Below, piece by piece: positions 25,567 through 36,246 of a stretch of 64,000 bases of DNA. Source of the DNA: Porphyridium purpureum (taxonomy: Eukaryota). The position numbers were made by a program, and so were the translations under genes. Position 1 is the stretch's first letter, and the number at the start of each line of letters is the position of its first letter. The stretch is taken from NCBI GenBank assembly GCA_008690995.1, contig VRMN01000011.1:186001-250000 (forward strand), in the 5' to 3' direction. The notes under the pieces were generated by a model, which saw only the letters and a program-made list of their open reading frames with translations, was not told the DNA's origin and made no database searches.

Positions 25567-26529
25567 TCTGCGACTCTTGAACCCAGCCCAACCCCTCCAC
25601 CCTTCTCACGCGCACAGCCCACACCAGCGCCTCATTCCTGCACCCCTGCGCACCTTCTAATCAAATCGACCCAAAAATAAGAGACTCGGTTGCTTCCAAT
25701 CACGCACCTTCAAACGGTGCGCCAGTGCAGAGCTTGTGCCTGTGAGCGGGGCTTTTTCTCGCGCTCGCTGCTTTCGTGCTGCTCCGGGTTCTTCTACCCC
25801 GCGGTGCGGTCAGAGCCCATCACAGCCGCCACGAGCGCAGCTGTCGCCCGCCCACTTCCACCGGCTCTGAATGCGTCCAGAGCGCCTGTCGAGGAGGAGG
25901 GCGGGGCCCGCAGAGACGGTCACGCACTCCGCAACCGTGCGCGCCTGCCCACCCGCGCCGCCCCCGAAGCTCGCAGTGCCGTTCCCTGCTTACACTGCAC
26001 ACCCCGCTCGAGCGCGCGTGCACTGTACCTCCCAGCACACTGCGCTGCGGGTGTTCACCAAATTTGCTCTGCTGTGTCCAGTGGGCAGACCATGCCAAAT
26101 CCCGCATTTGGTTCCACGCTCATGAGGAGCCTGCGCCGCTTGCCAGTGCCGCAGCCGTCCACTCATCGCCTTACAACCACCATGTGCCAACTGTACATAG
26201 AGGTACAGCCACGCCGCCCAACGAGAGCGGTACCTGATGCATTGCGATAGTGTACAGTTGAGCGTGATAACAGGGGGGGTGGTTTTCAGTACGAACTGGT
26301 GGTTCGTGGTGACGAGCGCAGTGCGGAGTGATTTTGGCGCTGCGCGGTGTGACTGGATGAAAAAGGTGGAATGTGGGTAGGCGTGCGTGTAGCCCAGAGC
26401 TTCTTAGCAGTTTTTGTATATGAGGGAGATCGGGCGTAGTGGTAGAGGGACAGATGGGAAAGTTGGCGGGGGCGGAAAAGTAAGAAGACGCGCGGAGAGG
26501 CTGAGTGGCGGCGTGCAGAGAGGGACAGG

Positions 26530-28845
26530 ATGGCGTTTGTGGTGGGAGCGGCGGTGCGAGGGAATGGCGCGGCAGCGCGTCGCGCAGCGCGCGCCGCGGG
26601 ACGCTCCGCGCAGCCGGTGGTCGCGCGCGCCGGCGCGGTGAGGCGGTTGAGCATGAAGGTGGAGCACGAGCACGGCGACGAAAAGGTCTTGAACATGGTG
26701 GAGATTGTGCAGGCGCTGGTGCACGCGAATATGACCACGGGACATATGGACACGCAGCGCACATACGAGCAGATCCGCGCGCTGCTCGGCAGCGAGATGA
26801 GGCGCTCGAGGGAGTACGTGGCCGGCGCCGCGGCGTTGATGAAGGACGTCACACTCCCGCTTGCCACCAGGCAGGCGGCGGCCGCATTGTTCTCGGCGAT
26901 CGTGGTCGGTGGCGCGCTTCTCAGCGGACCAGCCCAAGGCTTGGCGGCGCCGGCGCCCGCCGCCGTGATGTCTGCTCGTATTGCAGACGCGCAAACGTCC
27001 ACGCCAGAAGCACCCGCCGCGCCGATGGAGGCTGCTCCCCGCGCCACAGGCGTCGGGCAGGTGCAGAACTGGAGATACTCAGAGTTCATTCAAGCTGTGC
27101 GTGAGAACAAGGTCGAGAAGGTCACCTTCTCTTCCGATTCTTCGCGCGTGTTGGCTGTCGACACGGACGGGGCTAGATTTAAGCTGGATGCGGTGCCGAA
27201 CGACCCGGAGCTTCTGAAGGAGCTGACTGAGCACAAAGTGGACGTGACCGTGCTCCCAACACAAGAGGACGGCGGCGTGGCGGCATTCCTTCAGTCGCTC
27301 ATTTTCCCGGCCTTGCTGTTCGGAGGCCTGTTTCTCCTATCGCGCGGTGCCGGCGGCGGCGCTGGCGGCGGCATGGGACCAATGGGCCGCGGTGGGCCCA
27401 TGGATCTGGCCAAGTCCGGCGCGCGCATGCAGATGGTTCCCGAGACAGGTGTCACTTTCAACGAGGTGGCTGGGTGTGACCAGGCAAAGATCGAATTAGC
27501 CGAGGTCGTCCAATTTCTGAAGGAGGCGGAGCGGTTCACCGAAATCGGCGCCAAAATCCCGCGTGGTGTGATTCTGGAAGGTCCTCCAGGAACGGGTAAG
27601 ACCCTGCTTGCGCGCGCCGTGGCCGGTGAGGCCGGCGTCCCCTTCTTCTCGATTGCAGGCTCCGAGTTTGTGGAGATGTTTGTGGGTGTGGGCGCTTCGC
27701 GTGTGCGTGATCTTTTCTCGAACGCAAAGAAAAACGCACCTTGCATCATTTTCATTGACGAAATCGACGCGGTCGGACGCCAGCGCGGAGCCGGTATCGC
27801 CGGTGGAAATGACGAACGTGAGCAGACGCTGAATCAAATGCTCGTGGAGATGGACGGGTTTGAGGCGAACAGCGGAATCATCGTCATCGCGGCAACGAAC
27901 CGCTCCGATGTGCTGGACCGCGCGTTGCTGCGCCCAGGTCGATTTGATCGCCGAATTATCGTGGACTTGCCTGACTTCAAGGGCCGCAGCGAGATTCTCA
28001 AGGTGCACTGCCGTGGCAAGCCGTTGGCCCCCGATGTCGATGTTGAAGGAATTTCGCGTCGCACGCCGGGCTACTCGGGTGCTCAGCTGCAAAACTTGAT
28101 GAACGAGGCCGCAATCTTTGCGGCGCGTCGCGAGAAGAAGCAGATTGGCATGGAGGAGATCGAGGCGGCGCTCGAGCGCGTCATGCTGGGTCCAGAGAAG
28201 AAGGACTCGACCATGACGCAAAAGCGCAAGGAGCTTGTCGCGTATCATGAAGCTGGTCATGCGATTGTGGGCGCTATGACGGCCGAATACGACCAGGTTG
28301 CGAAGATCACTATCGTACCTCGCGGGGGTGCAGGTGGGCTCACGTTCTTCGCGCCGTCAGAGACGCGTGTCGACTCTGGCCTGTACTCGCGCCAGTTCTT
28401 GGAGGCACAGCTGGCCGTGGCTCTCGGTGGCCGGTTGGCGGAGGAGCTGATTTACGGTGAGGATGAGTTGACCACCGGCGCGTCTAATGATTTCCAGCAG
28501 GTTTCTCGTACCGCGCGTATGATGGTTACCCGATTTGGCTTCTCGGAAAAGATCGGCCAGATTGCGCTCGAGCAGGACAACAGCAGTCCGTTCATGGGCC
28601 GTCAAATGGGAGGCGGGGGCGGACCACCAACAAGCAAATTGGTCAAGGATATGGTCGAGGAAGAGGTGTCGCGTCTCGTAGACGGTGCGTATAAGCGTGG
28701 AAAGAAAGTGCTCCAGGAGAACATGGATCTTTTGCACGAACTTGCCGCGAAGCTCATTGAGCAGGAGACCGTGTCGGCGGAAGAATTCCAGCGAATGATT
28801 GCGGAACGAAATGTGAGGATGGTACCTTACGCTGTTCTGAACTAG
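26530..28845 (+). CDS. ftsH: Thylakoid FtsH metalloprotease, type A (FtsH1/5-like)
   Basis: [16 protein letters not shown], Walker [35 protein letters not shown] zinc motif. Confidence 0.97.
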   Translation: MAFVVGAAVRGNGAAARRAARAAGRSAQPVVARAGAVRRLSMKVEHEHGDEKVLNMVEIVQALVHANMTTGHMDTQRTYEQIRALLGSEMRRSREYVAGAAALMKDVTLPLATRQAAAALFSAIVVGGALLSGPAQGLAAPAPAAVMSARIADAQTSTPEAPAAPMEAAPRATGVGQVQNWRYSEFIQAVRENKVEKVTFSSDSSRVLAVDTDGARFKLDAVPNDPELLKELTEHKVDVTVLPTQEDGGVAAFLQSLIFPALLFGGLFLLSRGAGGGAGGGMGPMGRGGPMDLAKSGARMQMVPETGVTFNEVAGCDQAKIELAEVVQFLKEAERFTEIGAKIPRGVILEGPPGTGKTLLARAVAGEAGVPFFSIAGSEFVEMFVGVGASRVRDLFSNAKKNAPCIIFIDEIDAVGRQRGAGIAGGNDEREQTLNQMLVEMDGFEANSGIIVIAATNRSDVLDRALLRPGRFDRRIIVDLPDFKGRSEILKVHCRGKPLAPDVDVEGISRRTPGYSGAQLQNLMNEAAIFAARREKKQIGMEEIEAALERVMLGPEKKDSTMTQKRKELVAYHEAGHAIVGAMTAEYDQVAKITIVPRGGAGGLTFFAPSETRVDSGLYSRQFLEAQLAVALGGRLAEELIYGEDELTTGASNDFQQVSRTARMMVTRFGFSEKIGQIALEQDNSSPFMGRQMGGGGGPPTSKLVKDMVEEEVSRLVDGAYKRGKKVLQENMDLLHELAAKLIEQETVSAEEFQRMIAERNVRMVPYAVLN

Positions 28846-29081
28846 TCTAGACTACATGTTCATGTTACCCTTGACTGCGTAAAGATTTTCATGTGTGTTC
28901 ACCGTTCCAAGTCGCGCTCGCGAGTAAAGAAAACAGTGGTCTGCGGACCGTGGTCTTTTCGGATGTTTCCAAGTCTTTAAACATGTGACTGAACCGCACA
29001 TGCCCTTCCACCCACTTGAAATGTCTCGCGGTCAAGCTCAGGACAGGTGTGGACGCGTGGACGCGCGAAGCAATTCTCGAG

Positions 29082-30263
29082 ATGGCATTTGTTCTTCCGT
29101 GGAATGGGCTCTCTGCGGCTCAACGGCGCTCCATTCATGACGACTCGAGCGAGCGAGGATGGGCCTGGGCTCGTGGTCGCCATTCCGTATCGTGCATGCG
29201 TCGCGCGGCGCACCTTTATCCTCTCCGCATGATGAGTACCAGGGCGGTGGCGGATTCGGCTGCAGCCGTTCCGTGGAAATGTCCCAACTGTGGGACGCGT
29301 GTGGTGACCGCGATCCACGACCAAGACACAGCTCTGCCGCAACGTGGAGAGTGCGTTTCCTGCCCTGAATGTTACGCGCCGGTAGCTCGACGAACGGGCC
29401 GCGGGCGAGAATACGTGTATGATGTTGCTGCGACACCGAACAGCCTTTCCGTCGAGTCCCTCTTCAGATTGGATGATGTGCAGTCGCAGATGCAAGCATT
29501 GCTTGAAACCGAGCTCCAGCTTCTTCCACTGGCACGTGCCGCGCCGAGAGGCAAGAGCATGTTTCAGAGCGCGTTGGTATCATTTGCGTACGAGCGAGGC
29601 TGGCGCGCTCAGTTTGAGGATGCTGGCTTTCTGGGACCACAGAGAGAATATGAACGCATGATGCAGTTTCTTGGAGTTGCAGGCGGGCTCGGCAGGAGCA
29701 GTGAGATCAAATTTGGGCAGGACAAGAAGCCTCTTGATGTTGCTCTCGATCTAAGCTGCGGCAGTGGTTTCATGGCTCGAATGCTGAGCGCGGGCGGCTA
29801 CTTCTCCCACGTCGTCGGGGTCGATTCCAGCGAGGCAATGCTCCGAGAAAGTGTCGCTCGCTGCACAAAGCCTGCACTGCAACGCGGCATCACATGGATT
29901 CGGGCAGATGCGCAAAGGCTTCCCCTCACTGACAACAGTGTAGACTTGATTCATGCCGGCGCGGCACTGCACTGCTGGCAGCAGATTCCAGATGTGCTTG
30001 CAGAAGTACACCGCACACTCAAGCCCGACGGAGGCAAGTTTTTCGCGACGACGTTTGCTGAGCCAAACGTAGGGCCCGCCATGCGTCTTCGTAACTTCCC
30101 TGTGATTTCGCAGATGGCGAGCGCGGCGTGGAGTTCAACCTTTCGCGCATTTGCTAATGGGGATGAGCTTATTTACATGTGCCGGAATGCCGGGTTTGCG
30201 AAGAACATGATCCAGGTCGAGCGCATCCAGTCGTGTCTCATCCTCACGGCCACGAAAACATGA
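29082..30263 (+). CDS. Class I SAM-dependent methyltransferase with N-terminal CxxC..CxxC, plastid-targeted (UbiE-like plant plastid family)
   Basis: CPNC..CPEC, FQS.LVSFAYERGWR..F, LDLSCGSGF, D.SE.ML, IHAGAALHCW. Confidence 0.88.
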   Translation: MAFVLPWNGLSAAQRRSIHDDSSERGWAWARGRHSVSCMRRAAHLYPLRMMSTRAVADSAAAVPWKCPNCGTRVVTAIHDQDTALPQRGECVSCPECYAPVARRTGRGREYVYDVAATPNSLSVESLFRLDDVQSQMQALLETELQLLPLARAAPRGKSMFQSALVSFAYERGWRAQFEDAGFLGPQREYERMMQFLGVAGGLGRSSEIKFGQDKKPLDVALDLSCGSGFMARMLSAGGYFSHVVGVDSSEAMLRESVARCTKPALQRGITWIRADAQRLPLTDNSVDLIHAGAALHCWQQIPDVLAEVHRTLKPDGGKFFATTFAEPNVGPAMRLRNFPVISQMASAAWSSTFRAFANGDELIYMCRNAGFAKNMIQVERIQSCLILTATKT

Positions 30264-30303
30264 ACGTGGCGATTCGACACGAATGGGCGCCTCCGCTGGT
30301 CCG

Positions 30304-31769
30304 CTAAAGAGCAGAGCAACTTATTTTTTGCATGGCAAAGAAATAAGTGCTGGTCCCCGAACCGATGAGCTTCGGACTGCACGCACACATCAAGAAGTCG
30401 ACGAGGTCGTCGGGAATCGGTCGCGGTCGGTCACGGTTGAGTATAGCGATGCGCTCAGAGAGGTCGCGACGAGTCCACACTGTGCGAGTGCGTGGTTGTA
30501 TCTCTCTTAATATGTTTGTCTGGAGCTCCTCTACGGTTGCGTCCGTCGCCAAGTAAATTGCGGGCATGAGTACTTTGCCTGGTATCTCGCTTGAGTTAGA
30601 CTTGGAAGCAAAGGCTTGCCGAAAGGAGTCGAGTGATCTTACAATCGCCGCCATCGTGTGACTTCTACTTGCCATCACGTTGGTGTCCATGCTTTCACTC
30701 CCGCCCCACCGCAAATGCAGGCATGCATCGTAGGGCATTTCCTGTTGAGTGTCATGGACCCATGCACGGAGCTCTGATTGAAACACGAAAGAGGGCAAAC
30801 TGCCCGATTCAGGCGCAGAACTCCGCAATTGCGCTCGGCCATCCTTTAGATAGTGGAGGTTTCGCTTTGGTATCGGATTAAATCCACAACAGAACCCGCT
30901 GGTCGCCAGAACCTTCACCACTTCCTTTTTGGGGTCGTCCCTCATGGACGTCAGGTTGTACGCCGGAAGGATCCTCTGCACGCTTGCCGCCTGCGCACAA
31001 GTACGCATGAAGTCTCTGAAGCGGACCCACTCCACCACAACCAGATCATCATCGACACCCGCGTGAATGTGCAGGAGATCAGTCCAGAATGGCCTAGCGC
31101 TCAAGGCAGCATGGTCAAGGCAAGCGTACTGCAATGTTGGATCCGACTCAATAAGAGCTGGTTCGACCTGCTCTGGCACAGAGACTGCACCAACGCTCCA
31201 GCAACGGGAGAAATGTTCAGTGATGGGTGGCAACACCAGCGTGCGGTTTACAAGCATGGCCACCTGCAGCGCGATGCTGAGAAATTTGAACTGGTTGCCG
31301 AATCCCCAGCGCGTGTGGAAGGTCATAAAGTGCGCCTGGTGCATTTTGGACGAGCATCTACTCTTCTCATCGACCACTCCGGCCGTCACATACGCAGGAT
31401 ACTCATTCAACCCTGCTTGCCAGTCGTACGGTGCCGCTTTGTCGAGCTTGGCGTAACGCCCAGCTGGTTGCCGCCTTCGCTAATCTGCAGCACCTGCAGC
31501 GCGATGCTGAGAAATTTGAACTGGTTGCCGAATCCCCAGCGCGTGTGGAAGGTCATAAAGTGCGCCTGGTGCATTTTGGACGAGCATCTACTCTTCTCAT
31601 CGACCACTCCGGCCGTCACATACGCAGGATACTCATTCAACCCTGCTTGCCAGTCGTACGGTGCCGCTTTGTCGAGCTTGGCGTAACGCCCAGGGTTGCC
31701 GCCTTCGCTAATCTGCAGCATCGCACCGAACGCTGCCGCGAGGAACACGGCGTGCGGAACGATCCTCAT
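30304..31769 (-). CDS. GDP-fucose O-fucosyltransferase-like glycosyltransferase interrupted by a ~230-bp tandem duplication (pseudogene, or intact if one copy is spliced out)
   Basis: N-terminal hydrophobic anchor, GFGNQ..LNRTLVLPP-like motif, CLHLRWG, IYLATD, D..MC..S..LIGS.TSTY; removing 230 nt gives a 411-aa ORF. Confidence 0.78.
31261..31718. repeat. Direct tandem duplication, 230 bp plus 228 bp
   Basis: 31261-31490 and 31491-31718 are identical except for an extra CT at 31464-31465. Confidence 0.98.
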
Positions 31770-31781
31770 CCGCCGGCCACG

Positions 31782-32024
31782 ATGATGCGAAAGACCGGGC
31801 TGCAAACGCGCGTGCTCTCACTCTACCGCGCCTTTTTGCGCGAAGCGCGCCGGCTCGACGGTGGTGCGCGGGAGCGATACGAACAGCACGTCCGCTCACA
31901 ATTTCGAAGCGACGCACAGCGCATGGCCAAATCGAGCGTGGACCGAATCGAGTACGTGCTCCGCGTCGGATACAAGAAGCTCGAGCTTGTCAAGACGCCT
32001 GGGTTTCGCGGATTGGGTGAATGA
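31782..32024 (+). CDS. SDHAF1: LYR-motif protein, succinate dehydrogenase assembly factor 1-like
   Basis: GLQTRVLSLYRAFLR..VRSQFR..RIEYVLR.G.KKL. Confidence 0.85.
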   Translation: MMRKTGLQTRVLSLYRAFLREARRLDGGARERYEQHVRSQFRSDAQRMAKSSVDRIEYVLRVGYKKLELVKTPGFRGLGE

Positions 32025-32127
32025 GCGTTCGTGATGGTAGAAAGCTAGCAAATGAGTTTTCTTGGCTAAAATCGGAACCTGCATGCAGGCGAGGGTGTCA
32101 AGGGAGCCGGCGTCTGAAGTTGCGTCG

Positions 32128-32881
32128 CTAATCTTCGGATGGCGTGCTTGAATTGTCTTGCGCTTTAGCTTGTTCCTGAGCCTCTCTCTGTAACATGAGG
32201 CGAGAAAGCAAGAATCGCTGTCGCTCTTCGAACGCCGTCTGGATTTGGTTCCGTCGTTCGCGGTACGAAAATCTGCAGATAAACCTGCGGGGAGGATGAC
32301 ATGTAAAGCTCTGTCAGTAACTGGCGCATGGCGAGCTGTCCTTCCTAAGACACAAAAAAAGAACGGCGACAAACCAAAAAGTAGCAAAGCCACCTACCAT
32401 CCACTCAAGGTGAACACCGTAAACGACTTGACGGCGAGATCGGCCGCCCGTAAGGGATCGCCTGACGGCCGGTTCGACAAGAAGAGTTATATGACAATTA
32501 AACATGTCGCTGTGTTAGTTTTCTATGCCACTGAACAGAGACCATGTGCGCACACAGACCACCCATATGGTGCACGAGGAAGTTGAATTGTTCGCGACTG
32601 TGGTTCCAGCAATCCAAGCAAAGCATGAACGTACGAAGGCGGTAGAGGCGAAAGGCGGCGAGCACGGCCGCGGATGGCATGGCGTACAGCATGGTATCCC
32701 GAAAGCACGGCACCTGTGTGAGATTGAACAGAAAACCGAGGTCTTCATTTTCGAGGTTCCGCGGCACTTCGTCAAAGCCTTCATGAGGATTGACAGATCC
32801 CAAGCCGGCGTCCAAGTCTCGATTGAGCGTGGCGTCGCTTTGACCTTTCTTTTCAGTCACATCCGCTCCTCCGTTCTCCAT
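32128..32881 (-). CDS. COX20: Cytochrome c oxidase assembly protein COX20-like, 3 exons (32881-32635, 32461-32398, 32284-32128; 155 aa)
   Basis: VPCFRDTMLY..TM..RDPLRAADLAVKSF..GWFICR; introns GTACGT..ACTAAC..CAG (173 nt) and GTAGGT..ACTGAC..CAG (113 nt) join in frame. Confidence 0.85.
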
Positions 32882-33828
32882 TCTGCACCGCGTCAGTAGG
32901 CGACGGTGGAAGTCCAGAAAACGAAAGACCTGTTCCCCGCAACCCACAGCGAATGAAGTTTAATTTCTCTTCCCATCCTCTCTCGTCCTCTGTAACTTTA
33001 CATGATGAGTGGTCTTGATACGTGCTTGAGGTGCACATGACCTGATACTCTCCATACACTACAAGATAGACCCTGCGTTAGTGATTCTCTCCGGCCAACT
33101 AGCCTCCGAGCAAGGTGGTTGACCACTGTGTGTCGGTCCAAGTAGCCTTGAAAGTGACATTACAGCCTCTCGCAAAAGCCGCTGCTGGGACCGCAGAGAA
33201 GTCTGCGCGATTGGCATGAGGACCCGAACACGGGTTCTCGACGCGCGCGTGATCACAAGAAAAGCCTGTCGAAGGTCAAGGAAAGTTCAGTGGTGCACTC
33301 TCTTGTGAACGATTCCGCGTAGATGCTTTTGCAACGTGATATTCGTTCCCGCGAGCACAGAAAACTTCCCGAAAGCACTTCCAGCTACTGAGCTTTCACA
33401 TATGGCTGTATTCTGTGGTGAGCATGAGCCACTTCATGCCCTGCACTCGAGCCAGCGCACACTGCGCCACGGCCCGAGGCATTCAACGGAGCTCTCACCT
33501 GAAATCATCGCACAACCACCCGCTGCAGTTCTCTGGACACTGAGAAAGGCCCGGGACCAGGTATCTTGCGACAGTCATCACTCTCAGCGACCTGCGGGCG
33601 CGGCCGCAGTGTCTCCCAGACAATTTTTCATGATCGCGCACATCCGAGATATCCTTTGATCAACTGGAACGGTGTATGCGATTTGCGCAAAGTGTAATTG
33701 AAGCACATTGCTAATTTTTAGCTCCAGTTCGTCGTCGCCCTTAAGAATAATTTCTTCTCCGATCCGTGTGAAACGTGAGATCTTGTTCGTGGTTCACCTG
33801 TTTCATCCTGACAACACGGCGAGCCCCA

Positions 33829-35019
33829 TCAGGAAGCACGCCCATCCTTCGTGCTGTCGTAACCCAGCAGAGAAAAGTCCTGTGCAAACTTCTGCTGCCA
33901 TATTTGAGTCAGAGCCGGGGTGAAGTATGTTGAGCTCGCTTTCGATGCACCCGTCGAGAGAAAGTTGATTTCTTCTGGCGTCGGCAACGAAAGACCCATC
34001 TGCCCGAGCGTCTGGAGTATGAAGCTTGAGTCCTCCTTCATCCTTTCAAAATGACCAATATAATCGTATGGTATCACATCCATCCCGCATAAAAAGGTTT
34101 GCGGCGCCCAATGCTCATTCATCTCGTAAGCAGTCTGCATCTCGACGCGACGCGCAAACTCGCCAAATGTGATCCTGCCGTACTTGGCTGGCGTCGTATC
34201 TGCGCGCTTAAAAAAGCGCTCGCCAAACAAGTGCTTCATGTACAAATCATACTCTTGACTGTCGACCTCTTTCTGCACAAACTTGTTGAGGAACGCACTC
34301 ACTGCGCGCGGTAGAGGGTCGCGTACAAATACAACTTTCATGATGGAGTCGTCCTCCAACATATCCGCAGCCTCGTCGACGGGGAAATCGACAAGATACG
34401 TGAGTCCACTTTTCGAGCGGTCATTCACAATCTGGATGTCGGCCTTATCATCCATGCCGTCAATCTTGCGGATCATGTACTTCCATGCCGAATTCGCTAC
34501 CTTCGGGATCGGGCAGAAAATCATGCGCGTTCGCGAGCTGTATATGAGTCGCTTCAGGATGCCCCGTTTCGAAGCTTGACTGACTTGCGCGCCAGCCAAA
34601 TTATTCCCGTGTGCCTTTCTAAACTCAATGCGCTCGTCTGCTGACATTTCCTTCCATGTCCGTCTCTTTGTTTCCGGACGTGCCGCAGCCTCGCCAGTTG
34701 TGTTCTCCGTGCTTTCCTTCTGGTCTGACGTAATCCCCTGCAGCAACAGTCCGCGCTTGGCCCCACTGAGCGGGCGCGCCAGCTTAACGCCACGATCTTC
34801 CTGGAGGCTCCCGAATGCCGAAGGCGACAACAACGACAAGGTGCTGAACGGCAACTGCGCAATACAGGAAAGAGCAACCAGCACGGCCAAAAGTAAAACA
34901 GCGAGCAGTGGCTGTTTCATCATTTGGCCTGTCTTCATGCGTGCCGAGTTGGCGATCGCGGGGAGGGGCACGGGTTTAGAAAGCTTGTCGTACGGCAACT
35001 CTGCTTCCGATCTTTGCAT
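33829..35019 (-). CDS. Golgi-type carbohydrate sulfotransferase (Sulfotransfer_2 / CHST-like)
   Basis: 5'-PSB FCPIPKVANSAWK, 3'-PB FVRDPLPRAVSAF, NEHWAPQ..LC, YDYIGHFE, DF.LLGY; type II TM anchor; start uncertain. Confidence 0.93.
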   Translation of the reverse strand: MQRSEAELPYDKLSKPVPLPAIANSARMKTGQMMKQPLLAVLLLAVLVALSCIAQLPFSTLSLLSPSAFGSLQEDRGVKLARPLSGAKRGLLLQGITSDQKESTENTTGEAAARPETKRRTWKEMSADERIEFRKAHGNNLAGAQVSQASKRGILKRLIYSSRTRMIFCPIPKVANSAWKYMIRKIDGMDDKADIQIVNDRSKSGLTYLVDFPVDEAADMLEDDSIMKVVFVRDPLPRAVSAFLNKFVQKEVDSQEYDLYMKHLFGERFFKRADTTPAKYGRITFGEFARRVEMQTAYEMNEHWAPQTFLCGMDVIPYDYIGHFERMKEDSSFILQTLGQMGLSLPTPEEINFLSTGASKASSTYFTPALTQIWQQKFAQDFSLLGYDSTKDGRAS

Positions 35020-35489
35020 CGTCAGGTGTAGTTCCGATTCTGTCCCGGGCAAAGTCACAAGCGGTTTCTGCGCATGGCGGTAAGCGCGGATGGCGGTCCC
35101 GTGTTTCGCGCGGATGCCCGCCGGGTCAAAGCTTGCGACGCGAACCGACGAACGCCGCAAGTAGACCCAGTCCTGGTTGCGGTGCGTCAACCGCACAGCT
35201 CCAATACACGAGCGCGACGCCGGAAAGGATTAGCGAACACTCCAGCGCAGCGAATTGCGCTAGGGTTCCAAAACAGAGAGATTTTAGGGTTTCCCCTCAC
35301 ATGGAGGGTATGATTGTTTGACATTGTTTTACCATGATACACTTCATATCAAGCTGCTTTTCTGGCATAAGAAAAACGGAAACGGTGTATTGTTGAACCG
35401 ATAGTGAGTCGATAACGACGCGGGTCACTGGCGCGGCGCATCTGTTGGACGGCAGTCGTGGCCATCCGCCTGGCGTGAACAGGAGCGTT

Positions 35490-35890
35490 GCACAAGTGGC
35501 TCCGATGCTCCGTACAACATACGAGCTCATCCAGGTACGCGCCAATGTAGCGCTTGATCCTGGCGCGCATCGGCACCCTTCTGTAGAGGCCAGGCCACGT
35601 GCCTTCGACGGTTTGTGTATGCACGCCGCTTTCGGGGTCCACGTAGTTCCTCGTGTTGCACTTGGTGGCACGAACAATGTTGCGTGAGGTGATTTCCACA
35701 TAAATTGACTCCGCAAGCGTTTCTGCAGTTCGTCTAGGCATGTGGATCAGAAACGTGAGATACCTCGCGCTCGATTAGCACGTGAAATTTGTCGCAGCCA
35801 GTTTTCGTGGGTCCGCGAATCTGCAGGGGTTTCTGCAGTTGCCAAAAGTCCGATTCACACAATTCGTTGCATTTTGCGATGAGTGGCGAG
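35490..35890 (-). mobile_element. Degenerate Merlin/IS1595 (ISXO2-like) transposase relic
   Basis: Ordered motifs CNELC..QIRGP..VLIER, then shifted TFLIHMPRRTAETL..NYVDPESGVHTQTVEGTW..YLDEL; internal deletions remove the catalytic Asp motifs; TIRs not identified. Confidence 0.78.
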
Positions 35891-36246
35891 GCGTGGAGCA
35901 TGCGTCAACAAGGCACTTCCACTCAGACTACATTGAGCAGGTCCAGGAGCGCGGCGAAGAGTGGCTCATGCACTTGCTAATCGCCAGGTTATTTACACAG
36001 AGCACTGTTGCCCTTGATGATGACGAAATGGCACTCTTCATTTGCGGTCTGAGATGTGAGAGGACCACGTCACAGCAATAGCAGTGCACCGGATCACTTT
36101 TCAACGGCGCAAACTCTGTTTTCTTGCGCCATTATGGAGCGCTGGGTATTTCGCTGTCCAGCATCGGGGCCAAACCCCCTTCCCAGCAGTGGCTTTCGGT
36201 TGCACGAAACATCGACAGCGTTGAAGTTTGAAGTGGGCTTAAAGGT

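Noticed and set aside
32950..33800. Gene-free gaps (also 1400-2300, 39000-39580, 59150-59900) that might hide genes or ncRNAs
   Set aside because: Only short ORFs with no recognisable motif or convincing structure; no call can be supported by eye.
35782..36081. Plus-strand 99-aa ORF, vaguely like a Harbinger N-terminus
   Set aside because: The opposite strand carries the ordered Merlin motifs; this ORF is probably their antisense shadow.
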